Sequence record: MN445183.1
Direction: 5' to 3' (one strand)
Length of the DNA: 64,000 nt
A model generated the notes under the pieces. The model saw only the letters and a program-made list of their open reading frames with translations. It had not been told where the DNA came from and did no database searches. The position numbers and the translations under genes are program-made. Positions 37,529 to 46,527 of this stretch are shown piece by piece; within the stretch, counting starts at the first letter, position 1, and each line of letters opens with the position of its first letter.

Positions 37529-37547
37529 CCTATATTAGAAAGGTGAA
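37529..37547 (+). promoter_or_regulatory. Phage early-promoter-like motif
   Basis: TTTTCAGA-CCTATATTAGAAAGGTGAA. Confidence 0.65.
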
Positions 37548-37599
37548 TAAGAGCAATGAACATTGTTCTATACCCCACTTAACCTGTAAGGAATATCCC

Positions 37600-37845
37600 A
37601 TGTCATCTATTAAAGTTATCGCTATTGCCGCTATCGCTGTTGTTACTATCGCTTCCATGCTGAAACAGAAACCTGCTCCGGAAGCTAAACCAGCTTACCG
37701 CAAACTGAGCCGCAAAGAAGCGCATGACAAAGTAATGGAGTTTGCCCGTAATCAGGGTGGTTCCAAAGAGTACGTTGAAGCTATGGATCTCATGGGCAAC
37801 GCTGTTGACTTCAACAATGTTTACCCGATGTACGAACGCGTTTAA
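37600..37845 (+). CDS. Small protein with N-terminal hydrophobic anchor
   Basis: 81 aa from ATG 37600, TAAGGA SD. Confidence 0.75.
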   Translation: MSSIKVIAIAAIAVVTIASMLKQKPAPEAKPAYRKLSRKEAHDKVMEFARNQGGSKEYVEAMDLMGNAVDFNNVYPMYERV

Positions 37846-37858
37846 TTAAGGAACCATC

Positions 37859-38041
37859 ATGAGTAAATTCAATATCACCGTCCTGGCCGTTACCGCTATC
37901 GCCACCACTGCCATTGTTGCTTGTGAACTGAAGATTAAAAAGCTTCACAAGGAACGCGAAGCCGGTATGAACGCTCTGTTAGAAGAAATGCGTTTCAACG
38001 ACGCAAAAGACATCACTGCTGATGCAACCGTAGTTGCTTAA
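37859..38041 (+). CDS. Small protein with N-terminal hydrophobic anchor
   Basis: 60 aa, TAAGGA SD. Confidence 0.75.
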   Translation: MSKFNITVLAVTAIATTAIVACELKIKKLHKEREAGMNALLEEMRFNDAKDITADATVVA

Positions 38042-38068
38042 TAACCCATTACCCGTAGGAGATTTACC

Positions 38069-38200
38069 ATGCAATCATTACTCACTAAAGTTGTCGTATC
38101 CGTTGCTGTTTCTGTCGCTGTTACTGCGGCTATCAACTACGTTAATAAACGTACTGGTAACGGTCACATCAAATCCACTTTCCTGTACATCAAACTGTAA
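38069..38200 (+). CDS. 43-aa microprotein with N-terminal hydrophobic anchor (not in ORF track)
   Basis: AGGAG SD; MQSLLTKVVVSVAVSVAVTAAINYVNKRTGNGHIKSTFLYIKL. Confidence 0.75.
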   Translation: MQSLLTKVVVSVAVSVAVTAAINYVNKRTGNGHIKSTFLYIKL

Positions 38201-38315
38201 TCCTTGAGGAGGGTCCTTTATGGCACCGACTCAAACAGGCTAGACCCTCACTTGGCGTTCATGTCAAGTGAGCTAAACAACAATTAACTAATTCACTTGC
38301 TAAGAGGTATTTACC

Positions 38316-38753
38316 ATGAACATGAACGCTAACAAACTCGCTTTCGTAATGTCCGAAGAATTCGTATCTATGGTCCGTGAGAATCTCAACGACCTGGGTG
38401 TGAAAGGTGTCTGCCGTATGGCTGAACGCCGCTACCAGTTCCGCAACCCTAAGCTGGACGGTATTGAAATTGACGTAGCTGATATCAAACGCGCCGTTGG
38501 TATGAGTTATGGTATTGTGGTCCGTAAAGACCGCCTGGTCAACATCTATACATGGATTGTAAGCAACGTACGTAGCTTCTTCTCCGGCGTGAAGGCTACA
38601 AAAGAGGCGGTAACCGATGCTTGGGCTGGTTACCGTAAATATGTCACTGACAATGGTTTGGAACGTCTCTGGGCTGGTGCTGGCATTGGCAGCAACAGTA
38701 TTATTGAACGTGAGTTCCGTATCATATGTTCAAACGTCGCAGAAAAGATCTGA
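38316..38753 (+). CDS. Hypothetical protein
   Basis: 145 aa, GAGGT SD. Confidence 0.75.
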   Translation: MNMNANKLAFVMSEEFVSMVRENLNDLGVKGVCRMAERRYQFRNPKLDGIEIDVADIKRAVGMSYGIVVRKDRLVNIYTWIVSNVRSFFSGVKATKEAVTDAWAGYRKYVTDNGLERLWAGAGIGSNSIIEREFRIICSNVAEKI

Positions 38754-38763
38754 GGGAAACAAT

Positions 38764-39243
38764 ATGTTTGACATTGTAAAGTGGTTAGCCTGGATGGGTA
38801 TTGCAACGTTCTGCATTCTCATTCTGAGAGCGCTATTCCGCAAACCAGCTGGAGCTAATCAGAAACGCTGGGTCAACTTAACCACACCGGAACTACTGGA
38901 GTGTGCGTTCAAAAGCGAGAAGATGTATGAGATCGCTGAACGCACTGCGAAACGACATCTGGATAAATATGGCACCGAAGGGCTCATCGAGTTTTACACG
39001 GAACTGTTCAATGAACTCCAAAAGGGTCCAACGACAGACGGGTTTAACTTGAGTGGTGGGGTCACTGACCTGGGCAATGGACGAGTGAGATTGGTCTTCA
39101 CGCTGAAAAGCGGGGATGATTCCGTCGACCATGTCTATGACGTCAGCTACGTGCATCTGACTCGAGTCACAGATGCATTCTCCCCTGCCTTACTTACACG
39201 GCTCGAATGGCATAAGAAACCTATCATTGCCAGCCAGGGGTAA
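38764..39243 (+). CDS. Hypothetical protein with N-terminal TM (start revised to ATG 38764)
   Basis: GAGGG SD; MFDIVKWLAWMGIATFCILILRALF. Confidence 0.75.
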   Translation: MFDIVKWLAWMGIATFCILILRALFRKPAGANQKRWVNLTTPELLECAFKSEKMYEIAERTAKRHLDKYGTEGLIEFYTELFNELQKGPTTDGFNLSGGVTDLGNGRVRLVFTLKSGDDSVDHVYDVSYVHLTRVTDAFSPALLTRLEWHKKPIIASQG

Positions 39244-39262
39244 CACCCTGGCTCTTATGCCG
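39232..39262 (+). terminator. Hairpin followed by CTTATGCCG
   Basis: AGCCAGGG/CCCTGGCT stem. Confidence 0.75.
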
Positions 39263-39291
39263 TCTTAACTAACAATGCAGCCTGGCTCACA

Positions 39292-39310
39292 CCTACATTA
39301 CTAATGTGTC
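39292..39310 (+). promoter_or_regulatory. Phage early-promoter-like motif
   Basis: CCTACATTACTAATGTGTC, near-identical to the 26031 copy. Confidence 0.75.
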
Positions 39311-39345
39311 TAGGCTGCGCTATCAACTTCAATGAGGTGCTTCAC

Positions 39346-39975
39346 ATGTCATGTCCAATCAACGATATCCGTAATTTCAAAGCTGAACGTAACGAGAAGG
39401 CCGCGGACAACGTGGTTAACATTAAACGTGAAGCGCCTATCGCCGCGATGCACTTCGCTCGTGCTGACGAAGCCGAGTCTATCGAAGTTGCCATCATGGA
39501 CGAAAACAAAGAAACCATTACCTGTGAGGAAGTTAACATGAAAGATATCAACGTAAACACTACTGTAGAAACCAACGACGCTGTAGAAGCTGAACAAGTA
39601 GAAACCGTATCTATGGTTGACGTTGAAAAACGTGTGCGTGCTATCAAAGGTAAAAATGCATTCATGAACGTTGCCAGTGGTATCGGCGCTGCATTCGTTG
39701 TTGCTGCGACTGCTAAGAAATATGGTCGTAGTGAACGCGGTGCTGCCATCGCTGCGGGCGTTGTCGCAAGCCTGAGTATCGCGAACACCTTCAGTGCACG
39801 TCAAGCAGAAGAAACCAAGCGTTTCGCTGAAACTGCGAGTGAAGAAGAATTCAACGCCGCAAAACGCATCAGCATCATGGACGACGTTCTGCCAACTTTC
39901 GTTGGTACCGTTGTAGTTGGTGCACTGATCGGTCGCTTCCTGGTTAAGAAAGCGGCTGTAACTGATGAAGTATAA
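39346..39975 (+). CDS. Membrane protein (three hydrophobic helices) with possible internal start at 39538
   Basis: GAGGT SD before ATG 39346; Ala/Gly-rich helical hairpin plus C-terminal TM-KK. Confidence 0.75.
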   Translation: MSCPINDIRNFKAERNEKAADNVVNIKREAPIAAMHFARADEAESIEVAIMDENKETITCEEVNMKDINVNTTVETNDAVEAEQVETVSMVDVEKRVRAIKGKNAFMNVASGIGAAFVVAATAKKYGRSERGAAIAAGVVASLSIANTFSARQAEETKRFAETASEEEFNAAKRISIMDDVLPTFVGTVVVGALIGRFLVKKAAVTDEV

Positions 39976-39984
39976 GGGGTGGGT

Positions 39985-40350
39985 ATGAGCCAAGTTGAAG
40001 AAGTAGCAGTTCCGTTGTCGGCAAGGAAACAAGTCTTTGCCACACGCATGGCCCGCGGTGCGGGCTTTGTTGCTGCAGTTGGTCTTGGGTTAGCCGTATG
40101 CAAACTTCCCAAAGAAAAGCTGACGACTGCCGCAGCGGTGCTGTTGGCCGCTGAGGTAGCAACCTCCAGCTTGAACGCGCTTGACGATGAAATCGTTAGC
40201 GAAGCAATGGAAAAAGATAACTTCGGCACCCACCCTGAAAAGCTGGAAGCAGCAGGGTTGGGTCTAGGAATCGGATTCGCAGCTGTAGCGATGGCAATTA
40301 TGATCACGAAATTAATGAAGAAAGGTGACAACGATGAGCAATCAGGATAA
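39985..40350 (+). CDS. Membrane protein, paralog-like architecture to 39346..39975
   Basis: 121 aa; hairpin TM, acidic linker, TM, then KLMKK. Confidence 0.75.
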   Translation: MSQVEEVAVPLSARKQVFATRMARGAGFVAAVGLGLAVCKLPKEKLTTAAAVLLAAEVATSSLNALDDEIVSEAMEKDNFGTHPEKLEAAGLGLGIGFAAVAMAIMITKLMKKGDNDEQSG

Positions 40351-40528
40351 ATGCAACGAGCAAGTAGAATGCGTCAAACCTCCTCGCTGGGAATTTCCAC
40401 TGATCGCAATTACTGTCGGCGCCGTACTGGCAGGCAGTGAAAACCGTGGCGTTAAAGCACTGGGCGCGGGCATCGTAATGGCCAGCGCTCTTAGCATCCT
40501 CAACAAATTAGCAAGACTGGCGGACTAA
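40334..40528 (+). CDS. Small two-helix membrane protein
   Basis: 64 aa from ATG 40334; PLIAITVGAVLAG..ALGAGIVMASALSIL. Confidence 0.7.
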   Translation: MSNQDKCNEQVECVKPPRWEFPLIAITVGAVLAGSENRGVKALGAGIVMASALSILNKLARLAD

Positions 40529-40650
40529 TGGAAACGAATAACACCGAGTTCAAAATCACCCTGACCGGCAAGAAAGCATGGCTGGCAGTGATGGGCATGA
40601 CCACTTTAGCACTCGGTGTTATTGTGGTTGCTGCTCGTCTGAATAAATGA
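40528..40650 (+). CDS. 40-aa single-TM microprotein (not in ORF track)
   Basis: TAATG coupling with the upstream stop; WLAVMGMTTLALGVIVVAARLNK; ends just before a terminator. Confidence 0.7.
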   Translation: METNNTEFKITLTGKKAWLAVMGMTTLALGVIVVAARLNK

Positions 40651-40660
40651 TGTGTAATAG

Positions 40661-40689
40661 GAAGGGATCTCGGTCCCTTCTTTTTTTTT
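40661..40689 (+). terminator. Rho-independent terminator
   Basis: GAAGGGA/TCCCTTC stem followed by a 9-T run. Confidence 0.85.
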
Positions 40690-40707
40690 GTAACCACGGA
40701 GGTGCTC

Positions 40708-41172
40708 ATGCATGATCTGTTGGTGGTTATTACAACCATCGCCGGACTGGGTGGGGTGTTATTCGTAACCAGTTCGTTGTTTGATGCATTGGAACTGCGT
40801 GCAGCAGAAAAACGTGTGGCGCTGTTGATGGGATTTGTTGAACGACGAGATCACGAATTCGATCACATTAGTGTTGCGCTGATTAATGCTGAACTGCAAC
40901 ACCGAATGTCCATGACGGGTGAGTTCTATATTACTGTAGCACACAGACTACTATTAAATCACATTTCCCGTGTCATTTATATTCTGGCAAAAGCCGGTGT
41001 GCGTAATCAGCTTGACATGCTGATGCTTGTCGCCGAACAAATCAACCGAGAAGGTCACTGCACCGCTCGAGTTAATTTCACCACCAACAACCGACTTGAG
41101 CTAGTCACACAGATGCCGGAAAGCGAACAGTTGATTTATATCAAGTTTCATTCTGTCAATACCTTATTCTGA
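40708..41172 (+). CDS. Hypothetical protein with N-terminal TM
   Basis: GGAGGT SD before ATG 40708; 154 aa. Confidence 0.7.
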   Translation: MHDLLVVITTIAGLGGVLFVTSSLFDALELRAAEKRVALLMGFVERRDHEFDHISVALINAELQHRMSMTGEFYITVAHRLLLNHISRVIYILAKAGVRNQLDMLMLVAEQINREGHCTARVNFTTNNRLELVTQMPESEQLIYIKFHSVNTLF

Positions 41173-41173
41173 T

Positions 41174-41214
41174 CGGCATAAAGGCAGGGGTTAAACCCCT
41201 GCCTGTTTTATGAC
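41174..41214. terminator. Bidirectional hairpin with CGGCATAA/TTTTATG flanks
   Basis: AGGCAGGGG/CCCCTGCCT stem between convergent genes. Confidence 0.85.
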
Positions 41215-41822
41215 TGCCCGGTAAGTCGTTTCTCGTAATCCTGAATGATCAAGCGCAAACGCTCGTTCTCCGCCGTTAACAGCAAGTTCTCAGCGTGTTC
41301 AGTTGTACGGCGTTTAATGGTGTTCAAGCGATTCTCTTCATTGATACGGTGCTGTTCTACGGTTACTGTGCCGGCAGAAGGTGCAATGGACACATTAACC
41401 TCTGGCGTAATGCCAATCAGATCGGAGATCGTTGACTTCACCTCATCCATGGTTTGCTGCATCTGATCAATTAAGGTCGTTGGTACAGCACCCAATGGAA
41501 TAGACAACACCACAAAGTCGTAACTTACTGCGGTGTCGTCCGGCATGCGCTCAATGTACGTTGATGGGACGTAAACTGTGGTTTGACCTGGAGCGGTTAA
41601 GGAAACAATCTTAGCCAGTGCCAGCACGTCAGATTCATACGCCGATTTGTCTAACCCAACCGGTGCATAGACACGTTCTACGATATCAACGTTTAGCCTG
41701 AGCATCTCGTCGAAGGTACGAACCGCTTCCACCGTGTACTTGGTATTGGGGGTTACCTTAAACGGCTCCTTAAGCGTCCAGAGGCCTGCGAGCAATAGCG
41801 GCGGGACAATGTTCGATGCCAT
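41208..41822 (-). CDS. Conserved jumbo-phage-type protein, probable virion structural
   Basis: 204 aa, coupled to the upstream 441-aa gene in the core region; function inferred from context. Confidence 0.65.
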   Translation of the reverse strand: MASNIVPPLLLAGLWTLKEPFKVTPNTKYTVEAVRTFDEMLRLNVDIVERVYAPVGLDKSAYESDVLALAKIVSLTAPGQTTVYVPSTYIERMPDDTAVSYDFVVLSIPLGAVPTTLIDQMQQTMDEVKSTISDLIGITPEVNVSIAPSAGTVTVEQHRINEENRLNTIKRRTTEHAENLLLTAENERLRLIIQDYEKRLTGQS

Positions 41823-41832
41823 GCTTTAATCC

Positions 41833-43158
41833 TTATGCTGCGGGATACAGGGACTCTGTGTACGGCTTAGCAACCATCAACAGTTTGATGCCATCCACGG
41901 TCTTGGTCGCACAGATTACACCGTCACGCACAACACGGTTCACACCGGCTGGCAGTTCAGAGAACTCTTCCATCGTTTCCGACGCATTGATCAATTCCTG
42001 CAATGCATAGATGAATGCTTGCGTCGGTTTCGAAATGCTGTCGAACTCGCCGTCTTTGGATGGGATCAGCGCGTAGTCCGGATACAGGTCTTTCAACTTC
42101 AACTGCCCGCCGCGGTTAGTCGGTTTCGCTACCGCATTGAGTTTGATAGAACGGGTGAGGTTAGGGAAGACCTGCAAAGAAGCTTTGATGTGATCCGGCG
42201 TATACCACTTGAGGACTTTCGTCGGCAGCTCCAACATGGTTTCGAAATCGGTAATCGGACTATGAACACCCGCCTGCACCGTTTTGTTAGGAATGCTATA
42301 GGACATCCAATCTGGTGCAATTACATATTCGATTGGGTTAAACAGGTCCGGAATTACCAACGCCCATTCATCCTCATCAAATTCGGAGTTTGCAAGGATA
42401 TCATTTTTGATCACCTCGTAAGCTGCGTCATCGTTACGCCCATTCGCACCCCATCCAATTACCTGCCAGTACGCGTACTGCCACAGCTTCGTATTCGCCT
42501 TGTCATACACCTTAAAGGTATACGTCTGAATGAAGGTCTGCGGGTGAACGCCGATCATGCGATCGATTTCTTCCGTGATCATCCCTTTAGTAAAAGCAGC
42601 GATGGCTTGCGTTTGGGTTTCAAAATCTTCGTGCAGAAGATCCAGGTCAGATTTTTTCACACAGTGCAGTGGTTCCAGCTCAAAGCGAGGATACTGCATT
42701 TGGAACGATTCATCGGCAAACCAGATCTTCACGTAGTTGTCGCCGGCGTTAGAGCCTTTGATACTACCTGAGATCCATTCCGGTGACCAGTGCACACCAT
42801 CCGTCACCATATTACCAATGGAAAGGCTGCTCCACGCGTTGCCGAACTCACTGGTAATCTGTTGCAACGTAATGGTTTTGTCATTGGTGATACGCCCGTC
42901 CGTAATGCGCACCATCATCCAGTATTGCAGTTGGAGAATGGGTACTTTATAGACGTCGGTCAAAACAAAAGGCTTACCCGCATCGTTTTCTGCGGTGAAC
43001 GCCTGGAAGACCGTACCGGGTTGGCTGTCGTTGGTATAGGTTCCGATATTTCGGGAAGACGTCAAGGAGATTGCTGACAACTCACCGATTGCATTCGTAA
43101 TCGACGGGCTGTTGTTGATCAAGGCATTGCATACTGCAAACCCGAGTATCGTTTTCAT
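41833..43158 (-). CDS. Probable virion structural protein (jumbo-phage core region)
   Basis: 441-aa ORF next to the RNase H/UvsX block; function inferred from context. Confidence 0.65.
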   Translation of the reverse strand: MKTILGFAVCNALINNSPSITNAIGELSAISLTSSRNIGTYTNDSQPGTVFQAFTAENDAGKPFVLTDVYKVPILQLQYWMMVRITDGRITNDKTITLQQITSEFGNAWSSLSIGNMVTDGVHWSPEWISGSIKGSNAGDNYVKIWFADESFQMQYPRFELEPLHCVKKSDLDLLHEDFETQTQAIAAFTKGMITEEIDRMIGVHPQTFIQTYTFKVYDKANTKLWQYAYWQVIGWGANGRNDDAAYEVIKNDILANSEFDEDEWALVIPDLFNPIEYVIAPDWMSYSIPNKTVQAGVHSPITDFETMLELPTKVLKWYTPDHIKASLQVFPNLTRSIKLNAVAKPTNRGGQLKLKDLYPDYALIPSKDGEFDSISKPTQAFIYALQELINASETMEEFSELPAGVNRVVRDGVICATKTVDGIKLLMVAKPYTESLYPAA

Positions 43159-43234
43159 AGTTCACCCTTTACAATGGGAGTGGATAAAAGACATAACATT
43201 CAGCAGCGGTACGTGAGTTGGGAGTTAACAGCAT

Positions 43235-43645
43235 ATGTTACTGTTACGTATATTTTGGATGTCTCTCCCCTGGATTCGTAAGCACTCGAATACTTTCATG
43301 TCCGACGGCGCTACACGTTACAGCACATCGCGTAAAAACAAGGGGATTTATTACACCTTGATTGCTTTTATATTCCTACTGACCGGATTGGTATTTTACG
43401 GTTATCGGGAATACGAAAGTCTAAGCAAACAAAACAAGCAGTTCGTAAGCGAGTTAAGCACGTTGCGGAGTTTAACGAGCATCTATCCGAACATGACTGA
43501 TATGCTGAATCAGAATAAAATGCTGTTACAGCAGAACAAAGCCTTAGGCGACGAAGTGTTGGATTTGCGTAGGGAAAACGCACGTTTACATGAAGAGAAA
43601 CTGGGACAATGTATTAATTTGGGAAAAACTGTAGCGAAGAAGTAA
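43235..43645 (+). CDS. Membrane-anchored coiled-coil protein
   Basis: TM (IYYTLIAFIFLLTGLVFYGY) followed by a heptad-rich tail. Confidence 0.65.
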   Translation: MLLLRIFWMSLPWIRKHSNTFMSDGATRYSTSRKNKGIYYTLIAFIFLLTGLVFYGYREYESLSKQNKQFVSELSTLRSLTSIYPNMTDMLNQNKMLLQQNKALGDEVLDLRRENARLHEEKLGQCINLGKTVAKK

Positions 43646-43721
43646 TTTTCGCAGTTTTGGTATTTTTGTACCTTCCCAGCCTATTATAAGAGAGAATTCG
43701 ATTAAACTATAGGAGTCAGCG

Positions 43722-45236
43722 ATGGAATCAACATCATTGCCGAGAGTATCCATGGTGTTGTACACCGATGGTGGCTTTCGACAGAATGTGGGCGGATGGG
43801 GTGTGCACGGGTACAGTTACCCCAAAGATGACAGCGACGACAAAAAGAAAAAGAAGAAACCCGCTGTAGGTGTTCCGACCACAACTGGGTACATCATCAA
43901 AGACGATCCGAAAATGAATCAACGCGAAGTTGTGCGTCCGACTCATGTTTTCGAATCGTTCGGTGGTCTATTGCCTGAAACGACAAACAACATCGCTGAA
44001 ATGACAGCCGCCATTAACGGTATGGATCTCGCCATTAACCACGGCGCTGATAACCTGGTGGTATTCACAGACAGCGAGTACGTAACAAAAGGGATCACCC
44101 AGTATCTAAATAAATGGAAAGCGAACGGATGGAAGAAATCCACAGGCGATGAGATTGCTAACAAATCGCTGTGGATGAGCATTGATAGCAAACTGGGTGA
44201 ACTCGCTACAAAGAACATCCACTACACGTTCCAGTGGGTGAAAGGCCATGATGGTCATCGTGGGAACGTAATGGCGGACCACATGGCGACCCGTGGCGTG
44301 CTGTTGGGTAAACAGGGCGATACCGAACCTCGTCATCTGGTTCAGGACTTTAGCGAATACGACAAGTACAAGGCAGATCGCCATCGTTTTGTCTCTCATT
44401 CGCGCTGGTATTTCAATCTCAGCGACGACTCTCTGCTGAAGGCGAACGAGCACGGGTATTATGAGTACAGCTTCGGACACCCTTCAAAAGAAGATACCGA
44501 CCAGGTCTATTTAGGCAAAGCACTTGCCGATACCGCATTCAGTGTCGTGTGGTTGAAGCAACCTGAAACCTGCTTGGACTTGGTCTACACTCGCGTTAAA
44601 CAGATTGCGACCAACGTTTTCGGTAATGCATTCATTGGGCGTCTTGACAACATCTACAGTCCGTTTATCCATAAGGAAATTATGGACTACGGCGGTGAGT
44701 TACTGGTCAGGGCGAACAAGAACGATAACGACATCACCAACTGCACCGGTGCGTTAATCGTTCGTGAATGTAATCCGCCGGCTATCTCGTATCGGGCTAT
44801 CAACAACCTGGTGTTCTTGAACACCTGCTTGACTGAGTTCCATACGGGTAAGCTGTCGGTACTGCGTAAGGTGTACGATGTTACTGACCTGATCTTTGAT
44901 TCGGAAACCAACAAGAAGGGTGAAGTGAAGATGTCCTTGAAAAAGGCCATCAAACAAAACACCAAAGCCATCAAGTTGCCGGTATCGTGTGAGGTCATTA
45001 ACAAACCGCTTACCGTTGACGTTACGTGTACGTTAGGGTTGGACATTCCTAGCCGCAATACTTTAAACGGTATTGTTGATGAAAATCCGAAAGTGCATAT
45101 CCTGGTGGTGAAGGAATCCGATGTGGCGTTCCGTTATTTAACCATCATGTCGTGCGATGCGGGATATTGCATCATGGCAAATGTCTACGCCAACCTACGT
45201 ATCTTGTCCAAAGCTGAGTTGGATAAGTGCGCGTAA
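43722..45236 (+). CDS. rnhA: Ribonuclease HI with long C-terminal extension (phiKZ-type)
   Basis: LYTDGG, TNNIAEMTA, VFTDSEYV, WVKGHDGHRGNVMADHMA catalytic motifs. Confidence 0.9.
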   Translation: MESTSLPRVSMVLYTDGGFRQNVGGWGVHGYSYPKDDSDDKKKKKKPAVGVPTTTGYIIKDDPKMNQREVVRPTHVFESFGGLLPETTNNIAEMTAAINGMDLAINHGADNLVVFTDSEYVTKGITQYLNKWKANGWKKSTGDEIANKSLWMSIDSKLGELATKNIHYTFQWVKGHDGHRGNVMADHMATRGVLLGKQGDTEPRHLVQDFSEYDKYKADRHRFVSHSRWYFNLSDDSLLKANEHGYYEYSFGHPSKEDTDQVYLGKALADTAFSVVWLKQPETCLDLVYTRVKQIATNVFGNAFIGRLDNIYSPFIHKEIMDYGGELLVRANKNDNDITNCTGALIVRECNPPAISYRAINNLVFLNTCLTEFHTGKLSVLRKVYDVTDLIFDSETNKKGEVKMSLKKAIKQNTKAIKLPVSCEVINKPLTVDVTCTLGLDIPSRNTLNGIVDENPKVHILVVKESDVAFRYLTIMSCDAGYCIMANVYANLRILSKAELDKCA

Positions 45237-45248
45237 GGAGGATGTGTT

Positions 45249-45599
45249 GTGAATACAGCGACGGCGTTACCGATTCGTTCTGACGTGGACATCAGCGCGT
45301 TGTTTGACCAGGATCGTGATTTAGAGGGACCGATAAAACGTCGGCTCCTTCTGACCTACATCTGCAAGCAACGCAGTCCTGAGGCTACCCCGGACGAACT
45401 CAATCGTAAGTATCACATTACCCGTAATGCAAAAGACGTAGCACGATGTCTCACTTATCTGGGTGGTCTTGACCACAAACTGCGACCAGCATTCAGCGGG
45501 GTTGATTTTACACGACCTTTTGATATCCTGGCACATACACCAGATTGGATTAAGTACGGGTCAGTGATTGACATGTACCAAGACATTCGAAAACTGTAA
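45249..45599 (+). CDS. Hypothetical protein
   Basis: 116 aa, GTG start after TAAGGAGG SD. Confidence 0.75.
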   Translation: MNTATALPIRSDVDISALFDQDRDLEGPIKRRLLLTYICKQRSPEATPDELNRKYHITRNAKDVARCLTYLGGLDHKLRPAFSGVDFTRPFDILAHTPDWIKYGSVIDMYQDIRKL

Positions 45600-45600
45600 T

Positions 45601-45665
45601 CGGCATAAGAGGCGCTTCTTCCCCGCAAAGGGAAGAAGCCCTCTGTATCTTATGCTCTTTTTTTT
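45601..45665. terminator. Bidirectional hairpin with CGGCATAA/TTATGC flanks
   Basis: GCTTCTTCCC/GGGAAGAAGC stem, loop shared with the 9553 hairpin, T-run. Confidence 0.85.
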
Positions 45666-46445
45666 TTATTTGCTTAACAGTTTTTCTGCGGTGTTGTTCA
45701 ATGCAGAGCCGGTTGCGATGATGGTGGTGGTCGCAATGGCGTAAACATCCACAACGCGCGCCAGGGACAGCAGAAGTTCACCCAGGGCTTTTACCTGTGC
45801 AGCCGTCAGTGGGAGTTCTTCCGCTGCTACATCTTTATGAATGAGTTCTGCCAGTTCTGCAACGCGGTCAACGTTCAGACGCACATCTTTCGGATTGCGA
45901 CGCAACAGGTTCTGGACCACAGAGTTAAACTCAACATAAGTGGCTTGATATTGTGTCATCGATTCGAAACGTGTAGAGAATACTGCTTCGGTGGTGTCTT
46001 TACCGTTGAAAGCCTTTTGCAGTTCAAGTTCCATTTTATTCTTCGCACCAACCATTGAGCTGGTAGAATAAATGGAGACAACTTCACCGTCTGCCACGGA
46101 AGCAAGGTTTGCCAGCACCGATGGCATCGCTTGTTCCACAGCCAGCAGATAACGGGCACACTGATCCACCACCGGCATGAACTCTTTATATGAGCGATTG
46201 AGCCGTTGCGGTTGGAAGATGAGAGTATCCATTACGTCGGTGTAATTCAATTTACCGACCACTTTTTTGGCAGCGTTAGCGTCAGCAATGACCAACGGTT
46301 TATCGAGGCCCAGGAGTTTACCCTGGAAATAATTCTTTATGCCGCCGAAGAGATTACTGATGGAACTCTTAACGTCGAAGCCTTCGTTACCGATGCCCTC
46401 GTTGAGGTCCTTTACGGCGTTTTCAAAATCGCTAATGGTATACAT
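45666..46445 (-). CDS. Probable virion (head) structural protein (start revised to ATG 46445)
   Basis: GGAG SD; GNEGFD-type acidic N-region resembling processed jumbo head proteins; lies between RNase H and UvsX. Confidence 0.6.
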   Translation of the reverse strand: MYTISDFENAVKDLNEGIGNEGFDVKSSISNLFGGIKNYFQGKLLGLDKPLVIADANAAKKVVGKLNYTDVMDTLIFQPQRLNRSYKEFMPVVDQCARYLLAVEQAMPSVLANLASVADGEVVSIYSTSSMVGAKNKMELELQKAFNGKDTTEAVFSTRFESMTQYQATYVEFNSVVQNLLRRNPKDVRLNVDRVAELAELIHKDVAAEELPLTAAQVKALGELLLSLARVVDVYAIATTTIIATGSALNNTAEKLLSK

Positions 46446-46527
46446 ATTTGCTCCCGAGGGTTCATTTGTTTTATTCAACATATTATCACTTCTTATGAAG
46501 TCATTTTCTTTTACTAAGGATTAATCC

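Noticed and set aside
43679-43698. CCTATTATAAGAGAG upstream of RNase H as another early promoter
   Set aside because: Lacks the ATTAC core and the fixed downstream GTG of the other copies
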